45,095 nt of DNA from Desulfomicrobium sp. (GCA_003542385.1 DPKT01000351.1:1178-46272); one strand, 5' to 3'; counted from the first letter of the stretch, positions 1 to 11,491 are shown. Numbers and translations are program-made. The notes: generated by a model not told the origin, from the sequence alone.

Positions 1-25
1 TTTTCTATTTTTTGTGGATGCAGAC

Positions 26-721
26 ATGGCTTTTATCGAAATCAATGGATTGAGCAAACACTACCCCAGCCGGGCCGGGGCGGTCGCGGCCCTCGACGGC
101 ATCGACCTGACCATTGACGAGGGAACCTTTCTCGGCGTCATGGGGCCTTCCGGCTCGGGCAAGAGCACCTTTCTTTCGCTGATCGGGGGGCTGTGCCACC
201 CCACAGCCGGAAGCATCCGGGTCGACGGCATCGATATCTTTCGTCTGCCGGCCGAACAGCTCGCCGACTTCCGCCGCGAATATCTCGGCTTCGTCTTTCA
301 ATCCTTCAACCTGGTTCCCTACCTGACCGCCCTGGAAAACGTCATGCTACCCCTGGCGGTGAAGAAGCTTTCGACCGCCGAGAAACGGGAGCGGGCCTTG
401 CAGGTGCTTGAACGGGTCGGCCTCAAGGCACGTGCCGGTCATCTTCCGGGGGAACTTTCCGGCGGCGAGCAGGAGCGGGTGGCCATCGCCCGCGCCCTGG
501 TCAACCGGCCGCCGGTCATCCTGGCCGACGAACCCACCGCGCCCCTGGACAGCGAACGCGCCATGGCCGTGATCCGCATCCTGAACCGCATGGCCAGGCA
601 GTTCGAGACCGCCATCATCGTCGTCACCCACGACGAGAAGATCATCCCGACGTTCCGCCGGCTCTACCAGATCCGCGACGGACGCACCCACGAGCAGGCC
701 GGGGAGGGGCGGGAGGTGTGA
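26..721 (+). CDS. ABC transporter ATP-binding protein (LolD/MacB-like)
   Basis: Walker [11 protein letters not shown]-loop GFVFQSFNL, signature LSGGEQERV, Walker B ILADEPT, H-loop VVTHD. The ATG at 26 is a more likely start than the ORF-track start at 14. Confidence 0.9.
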   Translation: MAFIEINGLSKHYPSRAGAVAALDGIDLTIDEGTFLGVMGPSGSGKSTFLSLIGGLCHPTAGSIRVDGIDIFRLPAEQLADFRREYLGFVFQSFNLVPYLTALENVMLPLAVKKLSTAEKRERALQVLERVGLKARAGHLPGELSGGEQERVAIARALVNRPPVILADEPTAPLDSERAMAVIRILNRMARQFETAIIVVTHDEKIIPTFRRLYQIRDGRTHEQAGEGREV

Positions 722-856
722 GGACGAGGAGGAAGAGATGCGGGGCGCCGCCCCGCGCCCCGCAAGGGCCGCTGGCCCTCGACCCGTTTATGGGGTAGGT
801 GATGAAGCCCGGGTGGCGGGGCCGCCTGGGAGGTACGCGTTTCAAAGGAGAAATCT

Positions 857-1447
857 ATGGCCGATCAATGTGGACTTATGGATTTGACTGAAGAGGATGT
901 CCTGGACGCCATGCGTTCCATGCAGGGCTACGTGGACATCACGCCCGGGACTTTCCGGGAGATATACGAACTGGCCTACGATCTGGCCCTGAAGCGCGTC
1001 AGGGCCCGGGGCAGGGCGGATGAGATCATGTCCGCGCCCGTGCACTGCCTGGAAAAGGGCATGAGCGCCTCGGAAGCGGCCGGGCGCATGGCCGGACTGG
1101 GCGTGAGCGGCGCGCCTGTCATCGACGGCGAGGGGCGGGTCTGCGGCGTGGTCTCGGAAAAGGATTTCCTGCGCCGGATGGGGCTGCCCGGCAAGGCTTC
1201 CTTCATGACCGTGGTCGCCACGTGCCTGAACACCCCGGGCTGCATGGTCGCCGACCTGCGCAAACTGCTGGTGGAGGACATCATGAGCGCGCCGGTCGTC
1301 GTCGCCTCCAAAGAGACGCCGGTGGCCGAGATTTCGGAATTGTTCACCAGGCATTCCATCAACCGCCTGCCCATCTGCGACGGCGACGGGCGCCCCGTGG
1401 GCATCGTGACCCGGACCGACCTCGTCGGCGCCATGTGCGGGAGGTAG
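857..1447 (+). CDS. CBS-domain pair protein
   Basis: Two CBS repeats (IMSAPV...GAPVID...GVVSEKD; IMSAPV...RLPI...GIVTRTD). RBS AAGGAG upstream. Confidence 0.85.
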   Translation: MADQCGLMDLTEEDVLDAMRSMQGYVDITPGTFREIYELAYDLALKRVRARGRADEIMSAPVHCLEKGMSASEAAGRMAGLGVSGAPVIDGEGRVCGVVSEKDFLRRMGLPGKASFMTVVATCLNTPGCMVADLRKLLVEDIMSAPVVVASKETPVAEISELFTRHSINRLPICDGDGRPVGIVTRTDLVGAMCGR

Positions 1448-1450
1448 GCC

Positions 1451-1987
1451 GTGGAATACTTCAGGAAAATGCGCGGCACGACCCAGAGCCCGCCCAGGGT
1501 AGGGATCGCGGAAGTCGTCTGGTCCTGGGTCGGGGCGTTTGTGGGCATCGCCCTGGTGGGGCTCATCGGCGCGGCCTTCGTGGACCGGCTGGGGCAGGGC
1601 CTGCTGATCGGCTCCTTCGGCGCCACGGCCGTCCTCGTCTACGGCGCAGTGCGCAGCCCCCTGGCCCAGCCGAGAAATGTGCTCGGGGGGCATGTCATTT
1701 CCGCCGTGATCGGCGTGTGCGCATACCAGACCCTCGGGGACGCCGTCTGGCTGTCCGCCGCCGTGGCGGTCTCCACGGCCATCGCGGCCATGCACGTGAC
1801 CAAAACCCTGCACCCTCCCGGTGGGGCCACGGCGCTCATCGCAGTCATCGGCGGCGACTCGGTGCACAGCCTCGGCTACATGTACGCCCTCTTGCCCGTG
1901 GGCTTCGGGGCCGCGGTGCTTCTGACCGTGGCCGTGCTGGTCAACAACATCCCCAAAAGCCGGCGCTACCCCGAGTTCTGGTTCTAA
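1451..1987 (+). CDS. HPP family membrane protein
   Basis: Motifs GSFGATAVLVYG, SPLAQPRN and TLHPPGGATAL, with several hydrophobic helices. Starts 3 bp after the CBS gene. Confidence 0.9.
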   Translation: MEYFRKMRGTTQSPPRVGIAEVVWSWVGAFVGIALVGLIGAAFVDRLGQGLLIGSFGATAVLVYGAVRSPLAQPRNVLGGHVISAVIGVCAYQTLGDAVWLSAAVAVSTAIAAMHVTKTLHPPGGATALIAVIGGDSVHSLGYMYALLPVGFGAAVLLTVAVLVNNIPKSRRYPEFWF

Positions 1988-2099
1988 TTTCAGAGCGGGA
2001 ACATTGCTACAAAAACGTCTGGAAAATTCCTTTCGGTCATGGTAAGAAGGGGGGCATTTTCAACAACGTCACCTGCAACCTGAAAAAGGGAGGAAAACC

Positions 2100-3761
2100 A
2101 TGTTTTGTTTTCAGTGTCAGGAAACGGCCAAGAACACCGGCTGCACCATCAAGGGCGTGTGCGGAAAGCCGGAGGAAACGGCCAACCTGCAGGATCTGCT
2201 GATCTTCGTCCTGCGCGGAATCGCCGTGTACGGCGAGCGTCTGAAGGAACTGGGACAGCCGGACCGCTCCAATGACGACTTCGTGCTGTATTCCCTTTTT
2301 GCCACCATCACCAACGCCAACTGGGACGACGCCCGCTTCACGGCCCTCATCCAGGAAGGCCTGGCCCGCCGCGACAAACTCAGAAGCGCCTTCCTGGCCG
2401 CCTACAAGGCCAAGAACGGCAAGGACTTCAGCGAGCCCCTGCCCGAAGCGGCCACCTGGACCGCGCCCTCGTCGGCCTTTGCCGAGAAGGCCAAGACCGT
2501 CGGCATCCTGGCCACGGAGAACGAGGATGTGCGCTCCCTGCGCGAGTTCCTCATCATCGGCCTGAAGGGCATCGCCGCCTACGCCGAGCACGCCGCGGTG
2601 CTGGGCTTCCGCAAGGCCGAGATCGACGACTTCATGCTGGAGGCCCTGGCCTCGACCACCAAGAACCTGTCCGTGGACGAGATGGTCGGGCTGGTCATGA
2701 AGGCCGGACAGACGTCGGTCGCGACCATGGCCCTCCTGGACGAGGCCAACACCTCCACCTACGGCCACCCGGAAATCACCCAGGTCAACATCGGCGTGGG
2801 CACGAACCCCGGCATCCTCATCAGCGGCCATGATTTGAAAGACATGGAGGAACTGCTGAAGCAGACCGAGGGCACCGGCGTGGACGTCTACACCCACAGC
2901 GAGATGCTCCCGGCCAACTACTACCCGTCCTTCAAGAAGTACAAGCACTTCATCGGCAACTACGGCGGCTCCTGGTGGCACCAGAACCCCGAGTTCGAGG
3001 CCTTCAACGGCCCCATCCTGCTGACTACCAACTGTCTGGTGCCCCTGAAGAAGGAAAACACCTACCTCGACCGCCTCTACACCACCGGCGCGGCAGGCTA
3101 CCCCGGAGCCAAGCACATTCCCGACCGCCCGGCCGGCGGGGCCAAGGACTTCTCGGCCCTGGTCGCCCAGGCCAAGAAATGCGCGCCGCCCACGGAACTG
3201 GAAAAGGGCACCATCGTCGGCGGCTTCGCCCATCACCAGGTCATGGCCTTGGCCGACAAGGTGGTGGACGCCGTCAAGTCCGGCGCCATCAAGCGCTTCG
3301 TGGTCATGGCCGGCTGCGACGGCCGCCAGAAGTCCCGCGAGTACTTCACCCAGGTGGCCGAGGCCCTGCCGAAGGATACCGTCATCCTCACGGCCGGGTG
3401 CGCCAAGTACCGCTACAACAAGCTGAACCTCGGCGACATCGGCGGCATCCCGCGCGTGCTGGACGCCGGCCAGTGCAACGACTCCTACTCCCTGGCCGTC
3501 ATCGCCCTGAAACTGAAGGAGGTCTTCGGCCTGGACGACATCAACAAGCTGCCCGTGTCCTACGACATCGCCTGGTACGAGCAGAAGGCCGTGGCCGTGC
3601 TCCTGGCCCTGCTGGCCCTCGGCGTGAAGGGCATCCGCCTCGGGCCCACGCTGCCGGGATTTTTGTCCCCGAACGTAGCCAAGGTCGTCATCGACACGTT
3701 CGATCTCAAACCCACCGGCACCGTTCAGGAAGACATCGCGGCCATGATGGCCGGGAAATAG
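2100..3761 (+). CDS. hcp: Hybrid cluster protein (hydroxylamine/NO reductase)
   Basis: N-terminal MFCFQCQET...GC...GVCGK Fe-S motif, [40 protein letters not shown]. Confidence 0.97.
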   Translation: MFCFQCQETAKNTGCTIKGVCGKPEETANLQDLLIFVLRGIAVYGERLKELGQPDRSNDDFVLYSLFATITNANWDDARFTALIQEGLARRDKLRSAFLAAYKAKNGKDFSEPLPEAATWTAPSSAFAEKAKTVGILATENEDVRSLREFLIIGLKGIAAYAEHAAVLGFRKAEIDDFMLEALASTTKNLSVDEMVGLVMKAGQTSVATMALLDEANTSTYGHPEITQVNIGVGTNPGILISGHDLKDMEELLKQTEGTGVDVYTHSEMLPANYYPSFKKYKHFIGNYGGSWWHQNPEFEAFNGPILLTTNCLVPLKKENTYLDRLYTTGAAGYPGAKHIPDRPAGGAKDFSALVAQAKKCAPPTELEKGTIVGGFAHHQVMALADKVVDAVKSGAIKRFVVMAGCDGRQKSREYFTQVAEALPKDTVILTAGCAKYRYNKLNLGDIGGIPRVLDAGQCNDSYSLAVIALKLKEVFGLDDINKLPVSYDIAWYEQKAVAVLLALLALGVKGIRLGPTLPGFLSPNVAKVVIDTFDLKPTGTVQEDIAAMMAGK

Positions 3762-3763
3762 AC

Positions 3764-3785
3764 AAGGGGGCTTCGGCCCCCTTTT
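3764..3785 (+). terminator. Rho-independent terminator after hcp
   Basis: AAGGGGG-C(TTCG)G-CCCCC-TTTT hairpin directly after the stop codon. Confidence 0.85.
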
Positions 3786-3895
3786 CCATGGTGCGCTGTG
3801 AAGCGCCGCGGGATATTGTCTTGGCGCGCGGAAGGCTCTGGGGTATGGAAGGCCGTCGCTGCCATGGTCCTCGCCATGGTTTGCCCGGGACCGCC

Positions 3896-5233
<1,338 letters not shown>

Positions 5234-5246
5234 TTTTCCCTCCTCG

Positions 5247-5294
5247 ACCTTGCACAATGCAAGGTTTCAAATTCCCGTATCGCGCAAACTGCAA
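5247..5294. promoter_or_regulatory. Putative upstream activator sites for the sigma-54 activator
   Basis: Perfect inverted repeat ACCTTGCA-caa-TGCAAGGT (5247-5265) plus a degenerate second copy GCGCA-aac-TGCAA (5282-5294), about 55-100 bp upstream of a sigma-54 promoter. Confidence 0.6.
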
Positions 5295-5345
5295 TCCCAT
5301 TCCCTGGTTCTTTCTTTCAAATATACGAAATATATAAGTATATGT

Positions 5346-5362
5346 TTGGCCTGGCCCTTGCT
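5346..5362 (+). promoter_or_regulatory. Sigma-54 (-24/-12) promoter
   Basis: TTGGCctggcccTTGCT with exact GG-N10-GC spacing, 30 bp upstream of the kinase start and preceded by an AT-rich tract. Confidence 0.75.
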
Positions 5363-5391
5363 TTCATCGGGTCGGGTGCGGAGGACAACTG

Positions 5392-7221
5392 ATGACGCTC
5401 AAACAGAAGATTCTTCTCGGCTACGGCCTTTCCTTCGCCTTCATGGGCCTCGTCGTCACCCTGGCCGTGGTCAACCTGGTCTCCCTGGGCAGGGCCACCG
5501 AGGCCATCCTGAGCGAGAACTACCGCAGCATCCTGGCCGCGGAAAACATGGTGGACACCATCGAGCGCCAGGACAGCGCCATCCTCCTCATGCTTCTGGG
5601 GCAGGGGGAGGGGGCGGAGCTCTTTCGCAGCAACGAGGCCGCCTTCCTCGAATGGCTGGCCAAGGCCAGGGACAATGTCACCATCAGCGGTGAGGGCGAG
5701 CTGCTGCAGGGCATCGAGCGCGACTACGAGGCCTACCGGAGGGCCTTCAAGGCCCTGGCCGCCGCGCTCCCCGCGTCCGGCGCTCCGGACGCGTCGGGCT
5801 ACATGCATGACGTCTCGCCGCTGTTCACGCGGGTCAGGGACGCCTGCGTCAGGCTGCGCCTCCTCAACGAGGAGGCCATGTACGGGGCCAGCCTCAGGGC
5901 GGGCGAGGTCGCGCGCGGCGCCATCTGGTCCACCTCCCTCACGGCCGCGGCGTCCCTGGGCGTGGCCCTGGTGTTCAGCATGGTCCTGGCGGACCGCATC
6001 GTGCGGCCCATCAGGCGGTTCATGGAGGCCTCGCGCCATATCTCGGACGGGGACTACGCGGTGCAGGTCCCGGTGGGCGGGTCCGACGAGCTGAGCCGTC
6101 TGGCCGGGGAGTTCAACCGCATGGCGACCCAGGTGGGGCGTTACCATGCCATGAACATCGAGCAGATCATCGCCGAGAAGGACAAGGGAGAGGCCGTGCT
6201 GGCCAGCATCGAGGACTCCCTCGTGATTTTCGACACGCAGCTGCGGGTCACGGGCCTAAACCCGGCGGCACGGCGTCTGTTCGGGCTCCCCGCCGAGCCG
6301 GACGCCGTGGGCTGCGCCGACGTGGTGCCGGATGCCAGGGTCTGCGACCTGATCCGTGAGACGGTCCGCGCGGGCTCGCCACCGAGCCTGCCCGACGAGG
6401 AGCGGATCCTGAACCTGAAGGGGGAGGGGCGCACGGCGCACTACCTCTTCTCCGTGACGGGCATCGGCAGCGGGCGGAACCTGTCGGGAGCGGTCCTGCT
6501 GCTGCGGGACATCACCCGGCTGAAGCAGGCCGAACAGCTCAAGAACGACTTCATCATGGCCGCGTCCCACGAGCTGCGCACGCCCCTGACGAGCCTAGGC
6601 ATGAGCGTGGCCCTGCTCCTCGAACACGCCTCCGGCAGCCTGGCCGAGAAGGACCGGGAGCTGCTCCTGGCCGCCCACGAGGAGGTGGGACGCATGAAGT
6701 CGCTGGTCAGCGACCTGCTGGACCTCTCCAGGATCGAGGCCGGCCGGATCGAGATGGAGTTCGAGCCGGTGACGGTGGGGACGCTCTTTTCGCACGTGCA
6801 GGCGGTCTTCAGGAGCCAAGCGGACATGAAGGACGTGTCGCTGCGCCGGGAGATGGACGGGGACGGGCCGTCGGTCCGGGCCGACGCCAACAAGATCGCC
6901 TGGGTGCTCAGCAATCTCGTTTCCAACGCCCTGCGCTACGTCGGCCGCGGCGGGCACATCGCGCTGAGGGCGCACGACGACGGGGCCTGGGTCCGCCTGG
7001 CCGTGGCCGACGACGGGCCGGGCATCCCGCAGGGGGATCAGGCCAGGATATTTCAGAAGTTCGTACAGGTCGGGGACGGGGAGAGCGAGGGCTCGGGCCT
7101 CGGGCTTGCGATCTGCAAGGAGATCGTGCGCGCCCACGGCGGCACGATCTGGGTCGAATCGGAACCGGGGCGGGGCAGCACGTTCATCTTCACCCTGCCC
7201 AAGGTGTTCAGGGAGTCGTAA
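5392..7221 (+). CDS. Membrane sensor histidine kinase (4-helix periplasmic sensor, HAMP, PAS, HisKA, HATPase; KinB-like)
   Basis: Two TM segments, ENYRSILAAENM sensor, HAMP DELSRLAGEFNRM, H-box ASHELRTPL, N-box NLVSNALRY, DDGPGI, GSGLGLAI. Confidence 0.92.
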   Translation: MTLKQKILLGYGLSFAFMGLVVTLAVVNLVSLGRATEAILSENYRSILAAENMVDTIERQDSAILLMLLGQGEGAELFRSNEAAFLEWLAKARDNVTISGEGELLQGIERDYEAYRRAFKALAAALPASGAPDASGYMHDVSPLFTRVRDACVRLRLLNEEAMYGASLRAGEVARGAIWSTSLTAAASLGVALVFSMVLADRIVRPIRRFMEASRHISDGDYAVQVPVGGSDELSRLAGEFNRMATQVGRYHAMNIEQIIAEKDKGEAVLASIEDSLVIFDTQLRVTGLNPAARRLFGLPAEPDAVGCADVVPDARVCDLIRETVRAGSPPSLPDEERILNLKGEGRTAHYLFSVTGIGSGRNLSGAVLLLRDITRLKQAEQLKNDFIMAASHELRTPLTSLGMSVALLLEHASGSLAEKDRELLLAAHEEVGRMKSLVSDLLDLSRIEAGRIEMEFEPVTVGTLFSHVQAVFRSQADMKDVSLRREMDGDGPSVRADANKIAWVLSNLVSNALRYVGRGGHIALRAHDDGAWVRLAVADDGPGIPQGDQARIFQKFVQVGDGESEGSGLGLAICKEIVRAHGGTIWVESEPGRGSTFIFTLPKVFRES

Positions 7222-7806
7222 ATGAATCACGCGGAAACATGCGGGTGTCCGGTGGTCCGGGGCGGGAAGCTGCTTCTCGTGGACCCGGCCGGCGTCGTCG
7301 GGGAGGCGTCCCCGGAGGATTGCGCCTTCAGCACCATGCAGTGCCTGGAGCGGACGGCCGGCGGCCGCGAGTCCACCGTCGCCGTCGTGGCCGGCAGCAA
7401 CGAGCAGGCCCAGAGGTTCGCGCTGCCGGATCTCGTCGGCATGCTGAAACGGTCCGTCCGCGTCTGCCGCGTGGTGGCGGTCGTGTCCCATCGTCATCGC
7501 ATGCTGCTGGAGAGCTTTCGCCGCAACGGGGCCGATTTCGTCGCCGTGATGAATTTCGGAAGGCTGGACGCCGCCGGGATCGAGGAGGCGGTCATGCGCC
7601 TTGGCGCCGAAGACAGCCTCGAACGACAGCTGGCGCTGGTCTGTCCCTTCCTGAACTACAGCGCCATCAACGCGCGGACCGAACTGACCGTGTGCGGGGC
7701 GTACAGGAACAGGATGGTCCTCGGGCCGCAACGTCTGCGATCGTGCTGCGAGACGGCGTCCCATGCGCAGTGCGGGCAGTTTCTCACCCCCAGGTGCGAT
7801 GCATGA
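7222..7806 (+). CDS. Hypothetical protein with Cys-rich C-terminus
   Basis: ATG abuts the kinase TAA, and its TGA overlaps the next ATG (ATGA), so it is operonic. C-terminal CPF...CGA...CC...HAQC. Confidence 0.65.
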   Translation: MNHAETCGCPVVRGGKLLLVDPAGVVGEASPEDCAFSTMQCLERTAGGRESTVAVVAGSNEQAQRFALPDLVGMLKRSVRVCRVVAVVSHRHRMLLESFRRNGADFVAVMNFGRLDAAGIEEAVMRLGAEDSLERQLALVCPFLNYSAINARTELTVCGAYRNRMVLGPQRLRSCCETASHAQCGQFLTPRCDA

Positions 7807-9173
7807 CCTTCCGTTCCCGCATGCTGAAGATGCACCCCGCGGCGCTGGTCCTGACCAGCTTCCTGCTCGTCATTCTCGTCGGCACTTTGGTGCTCATGCT
7901 GCCCGCGGCGACCCGCGATGGCCGCATCGCCGCCGTGGACGCCCTCTTCACCGCGACCTCGGCCGTGTGCGTCACCGGGCTGACCGTGGTCGACACCGCG
8001 GGCACCTTCACGCTCTTCGGCCAGATCGTCATCATGGGCCTCATCCAGGTCGGGGGGCTGGGGCTCATGACCATTTCCGTGGCCCTCTTCAACTGGCTCG
8101 GCCGCAGCGTCTCCATCCGCCAGCGGATGGCCATGCAGGACGTCTTCACGCACACGCCGCGGGAGGACATCGCCAAGCTCGTCCGCAGCGTCATCCTTTT
8201 CACCCTCGGCGTGGAAGCGGTGGGCGCGCTCCTGCTCACGACGCACTGGCTGGCCGAGTTCCCTGCGGCGAAGGCGGCGTACTACGGCGTCTTTCATTCC
8301 GTCTCGGCATTCTGCAACGCCGGTTTCGCGCTGTTCCCAGACAATCTGATGCGCTACAGCGGAAGCCTGCTGCTCAACTTCGCCGTCTGCGCCCTCATCG
8401 TCGTCGGCGGCATCGGGTTTCCCGTGCTCTACGACCTCCAGGCCTGGGCTACCGGCCGCAAGGGAGCCAGGGGGCGGCTGGCCCTGCAGACCAAGGTCGT
8501 GCTCTGGACCACGCTCATCCTCATCACGGGCGGCTCCGTGATGTTCTACCTGCTCGAAATGCACGGCTCGCTGCCGGACGGCCCGCCGGCGCAGAAGTTC
8601 CTGGCACCGGTCTTCCAGTCCATCACCTGCCGGACGGCCGGCTTCAACACCGTGGACATCGGCGCCCTGCAGGACGCCACCCTGACCTTCATGCTTTTCC
8701 TCATGTTCTTCGGCGCGTCCCCGGGATCGTGCGGCGGCGGCGTCAAGACGACGACGCTGGCGCTGCTGGCCGCCTTCACCGTTTGCCGTGTCCGCAAAAG
8801 CCCGCGCGTCAACATGTTCCGCAAGAGCGTTCCCAACGAGACCGTGACCCGCAGCGTATCCCTCGTCCTGGTTTCCCTGAGCATCATCGGACTGGCCGTG
8901 TTCCTGCTCCTGGTCGGGGACGCGGTGGCCGAGAACGCCTTGGCCACTCCGCACGGGTCTTTCCTGTCCTACATGTTCGAGACCGTGTCGGCCTTCGGCA
9001 CCGTGGGGCTGTCCATGGGAATCACGCCGTCCCTGACGACCTGGGGCAAGCTGGTCATCACCTGCATGATGTTCGTCGGGCGGGTCGGCGTGCTGACCTT
9101 CACCTACATCGTCGTCGGCGCGGGCCCTGCCAGAGGCGTCGAGTATTCCGAAGAAAACCTGATGATCGGATAG
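7803..9173 (+). CDS. trkH: Trk/Ktr K+ uptake membrane subunit (TrkH/KtrB family)
   Basis: Four pore-loop motifs: SAVCVTGL, SAFCNAGF, TCRTAGF, SAFGTVGLS. Also GGGVKTTT and MFVGRVG. Confidence 0.93.
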   Translation: MTFRSRMLKMHPAALVLTSFLLVILVGTLVLMLPAATRDGRIAAVDALFTATSAVCVTGLTVVDTAGTFTLFGQIVIMGLIQVGGLGLMTISVALFNWLGRSVSIRQRMAMQDVFTHTPREDIAKLVRSVILFTLGVEAVGALLLTTHWLAEFPAAKAAYYGVFHSVSAFCNAGFALFPDNLMRYSGSLLLNFAVCALIVVGGIGFPVLYDLQAWATGRKGARGRLALQTKVVLWTTLILITGGSVMFYLLEMHGSLPDGPPAQKFLAPVFQSITCRTAGFNTVDIGALQDATLTFMLFLMFFGASPGSCGGGVKTTTLALLAAFTVCRVRKSPRVNMFRKSVPNETVTRSVSLVLVSLSIIGLAVFLLLVGDAVAENALATPHGSFLSYMFETVSAFGTVGLSMGITPSLTTWGKLVITCMMFVGRVGVLTFTYIVVGAGPARGVEYSEENLMIG

Positions 9174-9190
9174 AAAAGAGGTTCAAGCAT

Positions 9191-9847
9191 ATGAAAAGGT
9201 TTGCGGTGATCGGCCTTGGCAATTTCGGATTTCATGCCGCCAAGGCCCTCTACGAGGACGGCAACGAGGTGCTGGCCATCGACTCGGACCGGGCCAGGGT
9301 CCAATCCATAGATCCCCATTGCTCGGAGGCCATGGTCCTCGACGCGACGGACAAGGAGGCGGTCAAGTCCCTTGGCCTTGAGGAGACGGACGGCGTCATC
9401 GTCTCCACGGGGACCAAGATCAGCAACAGCATTCTCATCTGCCTGTACCTGCAGGAGGTCGGGGTGAAGAAGATTCTGGCCAAGGCCATCGACGACGACC
9501 ACGCCAAGATTCTCCGCCGCATGGGTGCCACCGAGATCATCCATCCCGAGCGCGATATGGCCATTCGCGTGTCCCGCAACCTCTCCCGGCCCAACGTGCT
9601 CGATTTCATCCCCCTGGCCGAGGAGTTCGACATGATCCAGGTCGGCGCCCCCCGGGAGTTCATCGGCAAGTCCCTCATCCAGCTGAACCTTCGCGCGCGG
9701 TATAACGTGCACGTCATCGCCATCAAGGAACTCGTGCCCGAGAATTTCGTCCTCGTCCCGCCCGCGGACTACGTCATCAAGGACAGCGACATCCTCCTCA
9801 TGCTCGGCAAGTCTGCGGACATCCGCCGGATCAAGGAGCTCAAGTAG
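9191..9847 (+). CDS. trkA: Trk/Ktr NAD-binding RCK subunit (TrkA/KtrA family)
   Basis: MKRFAVIGLGNFG Rossmann motif, IIHPERDMA, C-terminal TrkA_C domain (GKSLIQLNLRARYNVHVIAIK). Confidence 0.92.
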   Translation: MKRFAVIGLGNFGFHAAKALYEDGNEVLAIDSDRARVQSIDPHCSEAMVLDATDKEAVKSLGLEETDGVIVSTGTKISNSILICLYLQEVGVKKILAKAIDDDHAKILRRMGATEIIHPERDMAIRVSRNLSRPNVLDFIPLAEEFDMIQVGAPREFIGKSLIQLNLRARYNVHVIAIKELVPENFVLVPPADYVIKDSDILLMLGKSADIRRIKELK

Positions 9848-9870
9848 TCCGGTGGCACACGCTCATCCGG

Positions 9871-10299
9871 CTAGTCCCTGGTGAAGAAGAGCGGGTTGTC
9901 CGGCACCCTGCGCGGGCGTCGGTTCTCGTCCACGGCCACGTAGCGGAAGACGCCCTCGGTCACGAGCTGGCGCTCGGCCTCGTAGGCGTCCACCAGCTGC
10001 CTGGCCCAGACCTCGAGCTTGATGTCCATGGACGAAGAGCCCACGCGCAGAAGTTCGGCGTGCACGCAGATGGTGTCGCCGACGCGTACGGGCTTGTCGA
10101 AGGACATCTTCTCCACGCTGACGGTGACCGTCCTGCCCTTGGAGATCTCCGAGGCCATGAGCCCCCCGGCCACGTCCATCTGGGCCAGGATCCAGCCGCC
10201 GAAGATGTCGCCGCTGGGGTTGGTGTCCCTGGGCATGGCCAGGGTGCGCAGGACCAGGTAGCCCTTGGGCTGTCGCCCCGTTCTGTCGAGCTCTGACAT
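9871..10299 (-). CDS. yciA: Acyl-CoA thioesterase (hotdog fold, YciA-like)
   Basis: LRTLAMPRDTNPSGDIFGGWILAQMD, FDKPVRVGD, YVAVDENRRPR. Start MSELD with RBS GAGGAG. Confidence 0.88.
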   Translation of the reverse strand: MSELDRTGRQPKGYLVLRTLAMPRDTNPSGDIFGGWILAQMDVAGGLMASEISKGRTVTVSVEKMSFDKPVRVGDTICVHAELLRVGSSSMDIKLEVWARQLVDAYEAERQLVTEGVFRYVAVDENRRPRRVPDNPLFFTRD

Positions 10300-10433
10300 G
10301 GACTCTCCTCGCGGTGCGGCCGCGGCCCGGGCGGGCGCGGCCGGGTTGGGGTTGCGTTCCGGCATTTTCCCTCCCTATCAGCAACCCCTTCCCGTTGTCG
10401 AATCGTGGGCGGCTCCCCCATGGGCGGGCGAAC

Positions 10434-11456
10434 TCAGTTCGCTTCGTCCGCCTTCACCGCCGCGTCGGCAGAGGCCGTTTCCTTGGCCGGGGTGCCGGGT
10501 ATCCACCAGCGCACGGCCTTGCGGGCCTCCTCGGTCGAGGGCCGCCTGGTGCGGTAGACGGAGTAGAGCACGGACGCGCCGATCAGGGCCGCGGTCATGA
10601 CCAGGGCCATCTCCGTGGATACGACCTTGGTCCCGAACCAGGTGTTGAGGAGCATCTTGGCGCCCACCAGGATCAGGACCAGGGACAGGCCGTACTTCAG
10701 GTAGTGGAAGCGGTGCACGATGTCCGACAGGGCGAAGAACAGGGCGCGCAGCCCCAGGATGGCGAAGACGTTGGACGAGTAGACGATGAAGGTGTCGTTG
10801 CTGACGGCCAGGATGGCCGGGATGGAGTCCAGGGCGAAGATGACGTCGGACGTCTCGACGATGACCAGGACGATGAACATGGGCGTCATGTACCACAGGC
10901 CGTCCCGGCGGACCCAGAACTTTTCGCCCACGTACTCGTCCGTGACGCGGAACCGGCTGCGCATGAAGCGCACGATGCGGTTGCGGGACATGTCCGGCTC
11001 CTGGTTGATGGCGACGAGCATCTTGACGCCCGAGGCGACGAGGAAGAGCCCGAAGACGTAGAGCAGCCAGTGGAAGGAGGCGATGGCCGCGGCTCCGGCG
11101 AAGATGAGCACGGCGCGCATGACCAGGGCGCCGATGACGCCGTAGACGAGGACCTTGCGCTGGGCGTGGCGGGGCACGGAGAAGTGCAGGAAGATGAGCA
11201 GGAAGACGAAGATGTTGTCGATGCTCAGGCTCTTCTCGATGAAGTAGCCCGTCAGGAACTCGTAGCCGGCATCAATGCCCTTGAAGTGGAAGACCCCAGC
11301 GCCGAAGGCCAGGGCCAGGACGATGTACCCGAGACTGAGCCACAGCGCCGTGCGGACGCTCATCTCCTGGTCCCTGCGTTGGACCACGCCGAGATCGAAG
11401 ACCAGCAGGGCGATGATGAAGACGTGGAAGACGACCCAGAGCAGAAGCGTGTTCAT
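10434..11456 (-). CDS. TerC/Alx family membrane protein (Mn2+-related)
   Basis: IEKSLSIDNIFVF, ETSDVIFALDSIPA, SNVFAILGLRALFF motifs. RBS GGAGG. Confidence 0.93.
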   Translation of the reverse strand: MNTLLLWVVFHVFIIALLVFDLGVVQRRDQEMSVRTALWLSLGYIVLALAFGAGVFHFKGIDAGYEFLTGYFIEKSLSIDNIFVFLLIFLHFSVPRHAQRKVLVYGVIGALVMRAVLIFAGAAAIASFHWLLYVFGLFLVASGVKMLVAINQEPDMSRNRIVRFMRSRFRVTDEYVGEKFWVRRDGLWYMTPMFIVLVIVETSDVIFALDSIPAILAVSNDTFIVYSSNVFAILGLRALFFALSDIVHRFHYLKYGLSLVLILVGAKMLLNTWFGTKVVSTEMALVMTAALIGASVLYSVYRTRRPSTEEARKAVRWWIPGTPAKETASADAAVKADEAN

Positions 11457-11491
11457 GAAACCTCCAGTGGTTGAGAATGTGCTGGAGGCGC

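Noticed and set aside
1988-2099. HcpR/Crp-Fnr binding site upstream of hcp
   Set aside because: I could not find a convincing TGTGA-N6-TCACA-like palindrome in this spacer.
3821-3837. Sigma-54 promoter upstream of the response regulator (TTGGCGCGCGGAAGGCT)
   Set aside because: It has GG-N10-GC spacing but lacks the TT before GC, so it is likely a chance match in GC-rich DNA.
2975-3895. N-terminal extension of the 752-aa ORF (2975-5233)
   Set aside because: It is an off-frame overlap with hcp and crosses the hcp terminator. The receiver domain begins at 3896.
7239-9847. Long ORF-track versions of trkH (from 7239) and trkA (from 7763)
   Set aside because: The extensions are Arg/Pro-rich shadow translations overlapping real genes. 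True starts are 7803 and 9191.
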